Under the pieces are notes generated by a model. That model was not told the origin of the DNA and did no database searches. It worked only from the letters and a program-made list of their open reading frames with translations. The translations under genes and the position numbers were made by a program. Shown one piece after another: positions 15,201-26,856 of a stretch of 64,000 bases of DNA (its first letter is position 1; each line of letters begins with the position of its first letter). Source of the stretch: Antedon mediterranea (taxonomy: Eukaryota; Animalia; Echinodermata); assembly GCF_964355755.1 (NCBI RefSeq), contig NC_092679.1, forward strand, positions 1,084,201-1,148,200, given 5' to 3'.

Positions 15201-18200
15201 TAAAAAAAGTTTGTTGTGCTATCGGCAACCATGGTTTACCAAGTTTATTTGATACAAAAAATATGATATGATATTTATTGTGAATTTATGTGAAATTTGG
15301 TTAGTTGGTTTACATTTTAATTATCATGTTTGTGAGCCGAGGTTTTAGAACCTAATCTGAATTTCTTCAGTTTCCAGTTAAGCTTTAGGACAATAATAAA
15401 ATACCTTTCCCTTTATACTTTCAATGATTCATTTAAATAATTCATAAGATTACACTAAAAATGTCATAAAAGTCAGTAGCATACTCCAATTATTTAAAGT
15501 GATCAATGATGAAGATGTATAATTGGTATTGAAGAAGCTGTAAATCACAGTATTACAAGGACAAGCATTGTTGATGACAATTAAATCAGGGAGTTGTTAA
15601 CAACTCCCTGATTAAATCAACCAGTGACTGTCAAGTGCTTTTCACACTGTCAATCTAGCTTCTGAAAAACCTTGTGCCAACGCCGCAAATGATGAAGTCT
15701 ATTTTTAGTTGTATGTTCACACACGTACTAGAGTTAAGCATGTATATTTAAGACTATCCGTCAAATATCAGCATTACATCCTATGTACTGTAAGTGCTAA
15801 TGTGATCAAAATGTACACCTACAGTATGTTGTTAGCTCGGTCATTAATTCAAATAGGTTTTAGAAAACTTGGGATAGTATTTAAAATACAGTAATAATAT
15901 ATTGATGTTACATAAATTTTGTTGTCCCAAAAAATGAAAAACTAGAGGGTACTCCGAGAGTACAAACCTCCGCCTACTGTAAAATTCCCCTACATAAAAT
16001 GTCCCCGGAAAATATATATTAAAAAAATTTGTTTTTATAGTTCTAAGTGTAAAAAGGCTAACTGCACACTACAAACTTGTGGATGAGAGTTTGGTGTAAT
16101 GGTTATGTATCCAGTCTCTCACAGTTGAGATTGCTGGTTCAAGTTCAAGTCCAGCTGAGGTTTTTTTTTTTATTATTTCTTTTTTTTTTGTGGACCTTGA
16201 TCTTTGAACCTGATCCTTCAAAATTTAGCAACAAGTATATGATGAGTCATTCTGGCTAAGTTTGGTGAGAATCGGATAAAAACTGTGGTCTCTAGGCAGT
16301 AAAACAGTTTTTTGCTAGTTTTTCCAAGCTTTTGGGGCATAGATCATTGTGGCCAAATTTGGCCAGATTCGGATGAAAACTGTGGCCTCCAGGCTGTTCA
16401 CAGACAGACAGACACACACAAACACACAAACATACAGGGGTGAAAATATAACCTCCTTGGCGGAGGTTATTAAGATTAATAAAATGTTACTCTTTGAACG
16501 GGCCATTTTATAGTTTTAACAAAGAATAAACAAAAATAATGATTTCACTTAAAAAGACAAAATTAATTTAATTAATAATTAAATGTTAACCAAAAACCAT
16601 TTCTGACAGATAATTTTTATTATTTTTTGTTTAAATTAGTTTTTTTTAGGTAAGTAATTTTTTTAAATCATATTTTTAGTACGAAGTAAATAAAATAAAT
16701 TGTAATTAAATAATATTTGAAATTGTAACATGGTAACTAATCTAACGTTAGAATAATCTAAAGTTTCTGAATAAAGCTTACTTAGCACTGCAATAATAAA
16801 TAACCATATTTCAAGGTTTACTTAATTAATAAACGTTGCAATAAATCTTTAATTTTCTTCTCAATAATCATTATTCAATAATATCATTTGTAACCTTATT
16901 AGGAATAATATAAATGTTATTAGAAATATTTAATAAAAGCTGGCAGTAGGTGTCGACTGATGTAACAGATCAATATTGTTTTGATTTGATATTAATAGTT
17001 TAATTAAGATTAACTTATTCTCATATCTAGGTATAACGCAAACTTTACCAAATCTTATTCAAATATCCTGGTAAATGTTGACTTTGATCAAACAATTAAT
17101 AGGATATTAGTATAGTGTTTAATTACATTCAACTAGTATAATACAGCAAGTGTTTACTGTAAGTTTAAGATCGATATCTGTGATTTTTAAAGAAAGTTTA
17201 TGTAAAAATAATGTTATTAAATAGCTAAGTAGCTTGGTGTCATATTGATTAGTGTTAAACTCTGTCTACACTATCATACTTAATGTGACAAAAAAATGTA
17301 ATGTGCCCATGAACATGATGATGATGACATATCACTACCATATTTGGGGATATCATACTTTTTTTGTCAACTAGTTTGGTAGTGTAGACAGAGCTTAAGT
17401 CTTATCAAGAGAATCTGTCTACCAGTATCAATATGATTATATTTCTGGAAGAATAGGCCTATCCTATTTCCTAAAACTTAGTGTTAAAGCAGGGAGGTAT
17501 ACCTCCCTGGTTAAAGTATGGTGTTGTTAGAATTCAGAGAATGGCAACTAAACTACAGCATTGTAGCTACTGTATGTGGAAGTCAAAGGTCAACCTATTG
17601 TGTCCGTTAGTTTGTACTATTTTGCTTACAAACTGTACAATAACACTTTGTTTCCTCCTGCTGTTTGCTTGTTATAACAACTCAGAAATTCAATAAACAA
17701 TAACATTTTAAAGCCTGATCAAATTGAAGATTATTTACGAATATAACTTTATTATGAATATATACAATATCACTATCTACCATCTCTTTTACGAAATAAA
17801 CCATTTTAATGTTTTCTAATTTTAGTAATCAGTAATGATGCACACTCTTTATTCCATCTAAATACTGTGTATATTACCTTTGGGATGTTTGCCCATTTTC
17901 CTGTTCTCACATCACGAATTGTTGCCAGATCCAACAAATCTACATCCTTGAAAATAAAACAAATGTATTGATAACAAAAATTATTTTCGGATAGTGTTTG
18001 CCTTATGGAAAGGGGGAATGACATAGGGTGGAGTTGGGGCTTTGGAGTGGAGTTGTGGCTTTGGAGTGGAGTTGTGGCTTTGGAGGGGAGTTGTGGCTTG
18101 GTGGTTATGAGGCTTGTCTACCAATTCAAGGCTCTTGGGTTCAAGTCCTGTTATATGTCAGGATTTTTTTCTAATGAAAAATTACAACTCCACTCCCAAA

Positions 18201-21200
18201 GACTTGTAATAAAACTTTGTTTATGTAGAGCATCTTGTGTATATGTTTGTCTTAAATTAAGTTGCCAAGTACCATTAAGGAAATGCTACTGAAATTTGAA
18301 TCTGACTATACACACACACTGGTGCGGCCAATTGACTTGTTTTAAAAAGATCATACCATTTGTGGAGAGGGGTGTTCAATGAAAATGTCTACTTTTCAAG
18401 GAGAAAGAGCTGTTGTTGGTTTATCCAAGTAAACTAGGCACGAAATAGACAATAAAAATCTTTTAGCTAGCTATGATATAATTTTGTTTTCATTAATTTT
18501 GAGAGAATACTGTATATAAAGGTTGCTGTTATTTGTGAAAGTATCTAAGATTCTTCTCTGATACCTGGGGCTGCTAAATGTGTGAACATGATAAGTGATG
18601 TTGAGATGAAGATCATTAAGCCATATACCTTTATTTGTCAAGTTGTGTTAAGTAATCTCTATAATTAATACTTGCAAAGTGAATGTTAGTAGAGTGCTTG
18701 ATTGTAAGCATATCCTAAAATCCTAAGCTGTGTAGGGCTATATTTTCTGCATACTGTAATTATTAGCAATTTTACCTCTTGTCATCAGGGCATCACGTAT
18801 GCAAAACCCAGGAGAGCAACAAATCGCTCTCCTCAAATCACCGAGGAGAGCAATTCGCTCTCCTTGCAAAAATTTTAAATCGCTCTCCTCAAATATTTAT
18901 GTTGAAGTTGAAGGATGGTCGCCCTTATTAAAAATGGCTGGCCCTTATTAATTTTTTGTACACATTTTTTTGCCCGACAGGGGATAACCCCCCCCCCCCC
19001 CCGGGCACAACAAATGTATACTGTACCTCTCCCCTAAAATCCCCCACACCCACCTTTACACACAATATTTTCCGTGGGGATCGTATTATTCTACAGTACA
19101 AAAAACTCAAGCCAATTTTTTTTTTATGGCCTGGGTAGATTGGGTTTCAGGAGCCTGGAGAATCCTGTCCTGGCCAACTATATGCCTTTCTTTAGCCTAC
19201 CTTTTCTAGCCTAGCTTGTTGGCCTAGAAATCAGACAGAAAACCTGAAAAGTATTTACCTGCAATTCATAAATTATACAATTCTAACATGCAACAGCCAT
19301 TAAAATATTGATAATAAGTTACAAAGTGTCATTTTAAAATAATTAAGAAAGATATTTGATCGTGTTTACATGTGTCACACATGGGCGCACGCACAATAGG
19401 GGAGGGCTGAGAGAGCTTCTAGAAGATGCTGACGTCACACATCAGCACGTGTTTTGAGGAGGATTTGAGTGACCAAAATTGGTTAGAACTTTTGAAGAAA
19501 TAATCCATCTTCAAAATGACATAATTAAAGCAACCAGCAGCTAAGCTTTTTTAAATAATAAACATTATATTTAGGCCTCCTATATTAATGTTTCCTTTTA
19601 AAATTAAATATATTTTATTAACTCGTTCCATAAAAACATAAAGGGAAAAATTATTGGTTGGGACATGATCTTCCTGTAAAGGAGGTGTTTCTATGACACC
19701 GTACTGGTTGCACTATGAGGCGATGAAGTAAACTCGCCCTTGAATGCGCGCAGGCAGGGGAATCCCCTTTGTTGGTACCTCGCACTGTGAGATGGAGCGC
19801 GATGAATTGCTCTCCTTTTCGAAAGTTGTTGATTGCGATCGCGCTCGCGATCCTTAAAAACGAGGGACTGCCATTAGGCTTGTAGCTTTATAACTTAGCT
19901 TATAGGCCTAGGCCTAGATTGGTTTTAACTTTTAAAAATCCACGTGTTTTTAGGCCTCTTGACAGAAAAATCAACACTGTCAAAATCTAGGCTCTATTTT
20001 GAAAATTAAGGAGCGCGATAAATTGCTCTCCTCAAAGCCTGTTGAGGAGCGCGGAGGAGCGCGGTCGCGCAGGCGCTCCTTATAAATGATGCCCTGTGTC
20101 ATGGTTCTCTGCTCGCCAGATCATGGTTTGTCTACAAAACGTTAGCCTAAGACGGCCTAGGCAAAGTTTACGGCATTCGCTCTAAGAGTGACAACTATTA
20201 TTGCAGGCATGCAACGATTGTACAGTACACTGCATAGTCTGCGGGATAGTTCTTTTGTTATCCAATGAGAAACATTCTAATATAGACATTCGGTTTGTGT
20301 CTTTAGGAGGGACCTGTGTAATCCTATTATTATGCTATTGTATATTACAGTATGTGCTGTATACAGTATGTTTTCTTCTGGTTTTGACCTTGTTTATGGT
20401 TTTACTTGCAAAGTCCTAACATTATTATTTTTTATTTATCTTGATCGTGATAAAATAAATTGATGAATTAAGATTATCTTCTCACAGCACTCACTTACAC
20501 TTTTAATTTCCAGTATAGGAAATAATATTCTGTAGACAATAATACTATTTTATTTTGTTAGAGAGCCTTACTAATAATAATAATATCTCAATAAATTTTT
20601 AAATATTTACCCTGTGTTGGTCAGTCCAATATAGAAAGTACTTATTAATCTTCAAGTTTACAGGAATAATTGATGAACTCTGAAATGGAATAATAATGTA
20701 ATAATTAAAATTTTTAAAATAGATTTTGAAGGTCATTTAGTTATTATTCCGCATTCATCATCAGGATTACATACATCTCCATCCAGCCAGGTCAGCTGTT
20801 TAATATGCTTAAATGAACATTAGTCAACGACACATGAAAGATAAAGTGTGAATAAAAACAAAATTATTATTAATTATGGTGCTGTTCAAACTTTAAAAAT
20901 ACTCTGCAAAATAAGATTTTATGGTCGATTAGAGCACACAAATTCTTTCTGAAAAAAATTCATTACAAAAAAATTGTTCTAAAAAAAGTTGTCTTTCAAT
21001 CAAATTATCATGTGGCACTGATTCCGATTGCCAATAAAAAAATACTGAAACATTGAAATCACATCTGACCTATAAAATCTATGCTGAATTAAAGGGTAGT
21101 AAACATAATTTAAAAAACAGCGGTGTACAAAGAAAAGTTAAACATAATTTTTATAGAATTTTAAAACAATCTCTATCCAATAGTAACTTGCTATAATTAA

Positions 21201-24200
21201 TTTTAGTAGTAATATTTGTAGGTAAAAATAAAAATGTGTTGGTTGGTTTCTGAAAGTGTGCAGCAGATTAACAATGCAATAACAACAATAACAATTGAAA
21301 CTTGAACTATGGCATTTATCCGTGAATGAATGCTGCTATTTCACAGAATCAGATTTTGCTGTTAAGTTAATTGCTTCCATTTCAGAAACAGTGTTTTTAA
21401 ATATACACTATACTGTATGTAGACCACTTCTGCCTTGTTATGGAAACCACAAGAATTGAGGTACTGTACTGTCCCTATGGGATGAAGGTGTTTGACAAAA
21501 AAAAATGTGTGATATGCTAATGATAGTGATATGCCTAAATATGGTAATGATATGCCTAAATATGGTAGTGATATGCCCAAGTATGGTAGTGATATGACAT
21601 CATCATGTCTATATATGGGCCATCACATTTTTTTTGTCACATAAAGTTTTGATAGTGTAGACAAGGCTTTATGCATTATTATATTTGATTGATGATTACA
21701 TGAAATATACTTAAATAGTGAATTGTAAGCACATATACGATTTACTAAGCGCTACTCATGTGATGCAGTTCATGTATTTACATAGGCTATGTAATATACT
21801 TAAATAATGAATTGTAATCTGTTGTTAGGTGCTAGTGAAAAGTAGTAATTTATGTTCATCTACAATAAACTGTTACTGTACAAAGTCCAAAGTATACACA
21901 GCATTGGTGAATACACAGTGAACACTAAAATCTACAGTACCGGTATATATCTAATGTATTAAGTATACATGATCTGTATTCATACTGTATTGTATCTTTA
22001 AGCAAACTCAAAATATCAAACCACTGTTTACCTATTTTTTTGTTATTTTTTAATCTTCAAAATAAAACTGTTTGTACACTCACAGATTTCTAAGAATAAT
22101 ATCAGTGTATAAATACTACTATTGAAATGATCTTAACAATAAAAATCCAATTATATTAATCTTTTGTTATTTAAATCCTTTTATCAATTTATTGAATTTG
22201 AAAATTAAATAATGATGTACTGTTTACAAGTTAGCTCCTTATGTCTGATGGTAAATTCAACAATGTTACGTTTTTTTGTCTCCACAAACTTTTTAATGCA
22301 AGCTTCGTCCACTTTGTAAACAAAATACATAAAACACAAAAGTAAAATCTTCAGTATAAATCCAAATCATATAATTAGAGTATTATATTTTTTACGACCA
22401 TTAAAAGGATATAATCATTTTGTATGTAATTCAATGATATTGCACATTTATATTGCATGAAGATTTAATTTATAATTTGATTCTCAAATAATCTCTAAAG
22501 AGAGTATTTGTGTGTTTTCTTATACACATTTTGCTATTGAACGCATCCATCGAGTATTAAAATGACTGCAATTGTATTGAAGTTTTAAAACTCATCTTGT
22601 GCGGATATTTTATTTATCAATAATTAAGCAAACAGCCCAAGAGGAAAACCACTTAGTGGCAACCTCTTTAATCTTTCCTCTAGTCAAAATATGAGATCAT
22701 TCAAAACTGAATTTTTACAAAAATGCTAAAATTTTCAGTTTTTAAAAAATAATATGTGTTACATATTTGATTATTGTCTCATTTACAGTACTGTACTTTA
22801 TCTGTTTACTTAGTTAATTATATTATTTTAGTTTGAAAATTATGTGACAAGAATAATGTATTCTTCTAGAATAGATCCTCAATATGATTCTAGTTGCTTT
22901 GTTATCTATTATGTAAACTTTTTCTGTATTCATGTCATATTGAAATGAAAATTACCGTTGACGGGAAAAAAAATAAAACAAAAAAAACAATTCGCTTTTT
23001 TTAACTCGAAAACCTTAAAATAAAACTTGTTTAAAATTTATTTTAATAATTTGTGAAATATTATATGTTTAGTTTTGCCACCTTTAATTAACAGTGATTG
23101 GTCAGACGACATTTGATATGACTAATAAATAGACTAGAAACAGTAAACAAAATGTAATCAATAGACTTTTAAGAATAACAATAGGTTAGAAGAAGTTATG
23201 AGTTAAATGATATACAGTGGTGGTTATGGAGCATTAAAAGCATTCTTTTTTAAAAGGAGCAAGTCGATTATATACAGGCACTACTTGTATGTCACTCAAG
23301 TATCAGATGCATTGAAGCGTTAATTATTATCGACCTTTGACACCTTAACAATCCACAGATTTAAAAATGTTATTGTCCGTCATTACACTATAAAGAATTT
23401 TTAGAATACAAATATACATTTTTACATTTAGAATCTTTTCTTTGTAGTATTTAATATTCCGGAATTGGGGGATTTTTCTCATTTTTTGTGATATATTCTA
23501 CATTGAGTTACTATGGTTACAGACAAAATTACCGGTATCAACATATTTATCTAAAAAAACAATTCCAAAAATAGGTTTTATATATTTAAATAAATTATAT
23601 AAAGTTGAATAATTATACTATGAATAAGGTGTACTGAACAATAAAAATAACAAGCAAGTCTAAATTAATTATGTCATTAGACACAGATAATATAATCGTG
23701 AATGCCCTTTCACAACAATAGATAATCATCTAGTTATTCTATATAAATACACACACAACAATCACTGCTAAAAGGGTCTAGGTTTCCATAGAAACATCTG
23801 TGGTGTATGTCCGTATCACAATTTATTAATTTATTATTATCAAAATAGGACAAGTACGTACAGTAAAATTCATTCTTATTTTCTCTCAACAGTTTTGTTT
23901 TACCTTTTATTGTGAATATAAATTCATAAAGATTCATGTAGATATTGTAGTCTTTCCTAAAAAACGTATTTCATTTCATTTCATTATTTATTTGGTCTAT
24001 AAAGTATATACAAAACAAACAAAAAATGAAATTGGGGAGACCAGGGTCAACCTAAGTGAACTTAATCACTGTAGCTGAGCCGGTTGACCCAATAGATCCT
24101 CACCCCTTTCCCCCAAAAATTGGAATTAGGAATTAAAGAAAAACTGAAACATGCTGTATGCTATAGTCTCAAGCATGCCTGGGTACACAATTTGGTGGGG

Positions 24201-24857
24201 TGTAATTTTACTTGGATTGCATTTAACCATAGATCTGTAGACCATGGGGTTCTTTATTCCATCTTTAGACCTGAGGTTATACTCAGTCATATACTGTACA
24301 GCATGTTAATATAGTAATGAGATCAATTTCTAAAATCTGTTTAAAAATGAGGAAAACGATGTAATATTTAACTTCTACTGTAATATGTAAATTACAGTAG
24401 TTGTGATTGTCAAGTTTAATATTGAATGTTATTGTAAGTTTTTTTGTATTTTATGTATATTATTTTACAAGACATTAACTATATAAATTAAAAATAAAAT
24501 TTAATGACAAAAAATATTGACATTTGGGAACCATCATGAAGCCATTCTCAAGAACAAATAAGGTATTAACAAACACATTATTTTAACATTTTATTTAGTT
24601 TACAATCTGTTAATGGTTTAACGTTGATATTATTATTAGTCACATAATCAATAACAAACATTCTTCTAGCCTACTAGAATAAACATTTATAAGAATAGCA
24701 GATATATGTACAGTAATCAAAAATAGACAATTAATTAAATTACACTGATACCTACCTCATCACTCCATTTCATAAACTTTCCACCTTCTTTCAATTCATC
24801 TGGTATCTCTACTTCTTCTAATTGTTTCACCTTTAATCTTGTATTTGCCCCAGCCAT
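253..24857 (-). CDS. PLCB: Phospholipase C beta (PH, EF-hand and start of catalytic X box); 3' part lies left of the window
   Basis: 11 phase-compatible GT-AG exons: 24756-24857 ([34 protein letters not shown]), 20611-20679 (..FLYWTDQHR), 17878-17946 ([17 protein letters not shown]), 15034-15174, 10370-10449, 7699-7752, 7364-7448, 4132-4232, 1446-1612 ([29 protein letters not shown]), 749-895 ([13 protein letters not shown]), 253-410 ([30 protein letters not shown]). These are diagnostic PLC-beta motifs, with both catalytic His present. Confidence 0.95.
592..736. mobile_element. PIF/Harbinger-type MITE family A, right end degraded
   Basis: Left TIR AGCTCTGTCTACACTATCAAAC preceded by TAA; three internal 21-bp ATATCACTACCATA units. 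Confidence 0.8.
1815..1925 (-). mobile_element. SINE fragment with a Nin/Deu-like central domain
   Basis: Minus strand AAAGAACCTAGTACATCTTTCGAGACGAGTAGGCGGTTAGCCTGGTGT resembles the conserved Nin-type SINE core as recalled; not searched. Confidence 0.4.
2770..2925. repeat. 21-bp minisatellite, short array (~7 units)
   Basis: Unit CATACTTACACTCATCACTAC. Confidence 0.95.
3137..4131. repeat. 21-bp minisatellite, long array (~47 units) abutting the donor of PLCB exon 4132-4232
   Basis: Unit CATACTTACA(C/A)TCAT(C/T)ACTAC; the minus-strand unit begins GTAAGTATGG. Confidence 0.97.
4797..5131. repeat. 17-bp minisatellite with higher-order structure
   Basis: Unit AACTGT(A/G)CTTATTCAGC; the variant series ..TTTGGC/..AAATTCAGT/..TTAAGT recurs three times. 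Confidence 0.9.
7086..7218. mobile_element. Harbinger MITE family A, right end missing
   Basis: Left TIR AGCTCTGTCTACACTATCAAAC; three internal 21-bp units. Confidence 0.8.
7800..8037 (+). mobile_element. Degenerate tRNA-derived SINE-like element
   Basis: A-box-like TGGTACAGTGG and B-box-like GGTCAAGATTC; ends in TTTATCCAGGTAAGCTAGGCACGAAAT, nearly identical to 18420-18446. Confidence 0.4.
8591..9909 (+). mobile_element. Non-autonomous pogo/Tigger-like (Tc1/mariner) transposon, 1319 bp
   Basis: 24-bp TIR CAGTCAACTCTCCCAATACCGGAC, TA TSD on both sides, subterminal AAAACCGGA repeats, relic transposase start [12 protein letters not shown] at 9240. Confidence 0.9.
9059..9082. repeat. Perfect 24-bp palindrome with ~7-bp flanking direct repeat (putative transposon footprint)
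   Basis: tttttag-CAGGGAGTTGTTAACAACTCCCTG-t-tttttag. Confidence 0.75.
11257..11407. mobile_element. Harbinger MITE family A, complete
   Basis: Both TIRs, TTA TSD on both sides. Confidence 0.9.
11681..11819. mobile_element. Harbinger MITE family A, complete
   Basis: Both TIRs, TTA TSD, one internal 21-bp unit. Confidence 0.9.
14057..14220. mobile_element. Short pogo-like MITE related to 8591-9909
   Basis: Ends CAGTACAACTCTCACAATACC ... GGTATTGGGAAAGTTGACTG-TA. Confidence 0.7.
14450..14489. mobile_element. Harbinger MITE family A, solo end
   Basis: GTTTGATAGTGCAGACAGAGCT-TTA. Confidence 0.65.
14902..14921. repeat. 20-bp near-palindrome with 7-bp direct repeat (putative footprint)
   Basis: ctatagc-CATGGAGTATTTACTTCATG-ctataac. 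Confidence 0.65.
15587..15610. repeat. Perfect 24-bp palindrome with 7-bp direct repeat (putative footprint)
   Basis: attaaat-CAGGGAGTTGTTAACAACTCCCTG-attaaat; identical core to 9059-9082. Confidence 0.85.
15941..16473 (-). mobile_element. Helentron-associated non-autonomous element (HINE/DINE-1-like)
   Basis: Subterminal IR AACCTCCGCC/GGCGGAGGTT, terminal hairpin AACCTCCTTGGCGGAGGTT, (CAGA/CA)n microsatellite, stem-loop GTACTCcgaGAGTAC, CTAGT end within a T-run. Confidence 0.75.
17258..17395. mobile_element. Harbinger MITE family A, complete
   Basis: Both TIRs, TTA/TAA flanks. Confidence 0.88.
17490..17509. repeat. Perfect 20-bp palindrome with 7-bp direct repeat (putative footprint)
   Basis: gttaaag-CAGGGAGGTATACCTCCCTG-gttaaag. 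Confidence 0.85.
18025..18295 (+). mobile_element. tRNA-derived SINE with tandemly amplified 19-bp 5' end
   Basis: About 4 GGAGTTGTGGCTTTGGAGT units running into A-box TGGCTTGGTGG and B-box GGGTTCAAGTCC. Confidence 0.55.
18786..20096. mobile_element. Non-autonomous hAT-like DNA transposon with 6-bp TSD, 1311 bp
   Basis: TIR CAGGGCATCA/TGATGCCCTG, TGTCAT on both sides, subterminal GGAG(A/C)GC..TCGCTCTCC palindromic repeats at both ends. Confidence 0.8.
21490..21668. mobile_element. Harbinger MITE family A, one end missing, four internal units
   Basis: TTTGATAGTGTAGACAAGGCT-TTA; TATGGTAGTGATATGCC repeats. Confidence 0.8.
23968..24290 (-). mobile_element. Decayed 3' end of an L2/CR1-group LINE
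   Basis: (TTTCA)n tail, polyA-signal-like TTTATT, GGGTCAA..TTGACCC stem as in the LINE at 53242-53283, and a YNLRS peptide remnant on the minus strand. Confidence 0.4.
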
Positions 24858-26496
24858 ATTATGAAGTGTTACTACCGTATCATAAACAAGTTAAATATGC
24901 GTACATTCAAATTACATAAGGCTGAATAGCCCGGGCTAGCTTTAGCCTTGAGTTACCGGTAGTTGTTGACAGGCGGAGGTGAAACTAAAGGGCGGATCGC
25001 TGGTCCTGCTGCTGCTATATTGGTGGTAGAGTAGGAAGTGCGCGTACTACTTCAGTGTTTTTACCAAGTTTGCTTCTTTGTCCTTTATTTCTATCGTTGC
25101 TAAATAAACTATAAATCATCTAGACTGAAGTATGTTTACTGTCAATATTCCATGATACAAATTTGTTGTTTACGTAAACATTTGAGCTACCTACTTCCAC
25201 CCACACGCCTTCTTCTTCCAGATTGCTGTTTACCGACGAACTTGTGGTTCTTCTTCACTGGTTCTGGAGTTGTCTCTGATAACTTGTTGAATGTGGTATA
25301 CTTGAGGGCGCTACTACTATTTACATTATAAATCAACTTATTTGATTGACTTATGATTTTTTGAAATTGAAGACTTCAATCCAATCACTCTCAACACACA
25401 GTTATTTATTATACATCTACCAAATGCTCTTATTGTCTACTATAAAAATTGTAGATATTAATAATAGTTTATTTTCTCAGGGAAAAAAACACTTTATTTA
25501 CCCAACAGTGTTTTTCATCAAGCCCGTGCAAAAACATACAAACACGGGACAAACACAAGACAAATTGATTTGCTATAGTTAATTTATTATAATACAAGTC
25601 CATTACCATAATGTACAACTGCAGCAGCCAAATACGTATCAACATATAGAGTAGTCATGCAAGCAGTATATGTGCTTATGGTATATGCAAAATATCTTGT
25701 TCCTAGTAATAACATTGTTATAGCCCTTTATTTGTTTATATTCCAAACTCCAGGAAAAAAGTGCCCTTGTTATTATGAACTCATTTTTATTGAATATATT
25801 CTAAGTTTATTTAGGAAAATTATCCTTAAAACTGCTAGCCCTTAATTTATTCATAGTGCCGTGGTTATAAATAATGAACAGCCTATTTATTACCGGGGTA
25901 ATAATGTGAATAAGAACCACATACTATTATTATTGCATATATTCTATAAGCATCTTATCCATTCCTTATCTCTTAAGAGCCTTTAAAATACATTACAATG
26001 TTTTTAAAACTTATAATAATAATGATCTTTATCATCATGTTTATGGTGTCAAAGGTTAAAAGCAGACGACCGCCTGCCCCACGCTGGCTAAGGCCATCAA
26101 TTTGGCACAATAGGCAAGTTTAACTGTTAGTGTTAAGTAAATACTGCAAACATTAACTTTTATGAAAAGTTCAAAATTAAAATGTTTAATAACGTTTCTT
26201 AACTTTATATAAACCAAACCTTACACCTGTTTAGGACCATTGGTTCTATCAGGATTACTACATCTATATATAGTCATGACACACCCATATATGATACAAT
26301 GTCCATATATAGTAATAGAATGCCCATTTTTGGTTTATATGAATACAGGAGGCATTATGTAGTCTGAGCTCAATATTATCATCCAGTTTTAATGAGTTAG
26401 TATTTCATAACTGTTTTTTTCCAATGCCACAGCAAACTCTGCGCTAGAAAGACCAATCACCAATAGAGGGCGCTCCTTTCTTTGTAAAGCTTCATG

Positions 26497-26518
26497 TTAT
26501 AGCTCCATTTTCTTCGAA
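26497..26518 (-). CDS. PCMT1: Alternative terminal exon of PCMT1 giving ...WPGSSKKMEL*
   Basis: Acceptor TTTGCTTACAG at 26519-26529; joining to the internal donor AG|GTGCTA (boundary 26867) gives AGT TCG AAG AAA ATG GAG CTA TAA. Confidence 0.65.
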
Positions 26519-26856
26519 CTGTAAGCAAACAAACATTGTTGTTATAGTTATATACTGTATGTGTAACAAAACAAATGAATAAAAATGTAATTACAATAAA
26601 ACCACTATTAAGGGGACACTTTTGGGAGCCAAAAAATTGTCCCATTAATTGGGTACCCCTCATTCAGGGGCCACTTACAAAAAAACGGAAATTGTCCCCT
26701 AATAGAGATTTTTGTGGGGAAAAACTAAATAAAATATACCAAAAATTAACAAGAATTGATTTGGACTGGAATGGAAAATGTTAGCAACCAACATTTCACC
26801 AAACACTGTTTAAATAATGACACCCAAATTACCCAAAATAAACTGGTAAATGAAAG

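Noticed and set aside
16080-16160. Functional tRNA genes here and at 32178-32243, 32750-32820, 60262-60332
   Set aside because: Only A/B-box remnants; no complete cloverleaf; embedded in repeats
22269-22330. Possible alternative first PLCB exon ([11 protein letters not shown]..)
   Set aside because: Weak donor and wrong phase for exon 20611-20679
24236-24270. Another CATGG palindrome footprint
   Set aside because: Arms pair poorly and the segment reads as a LINE ORF2 remnant on the minus strand
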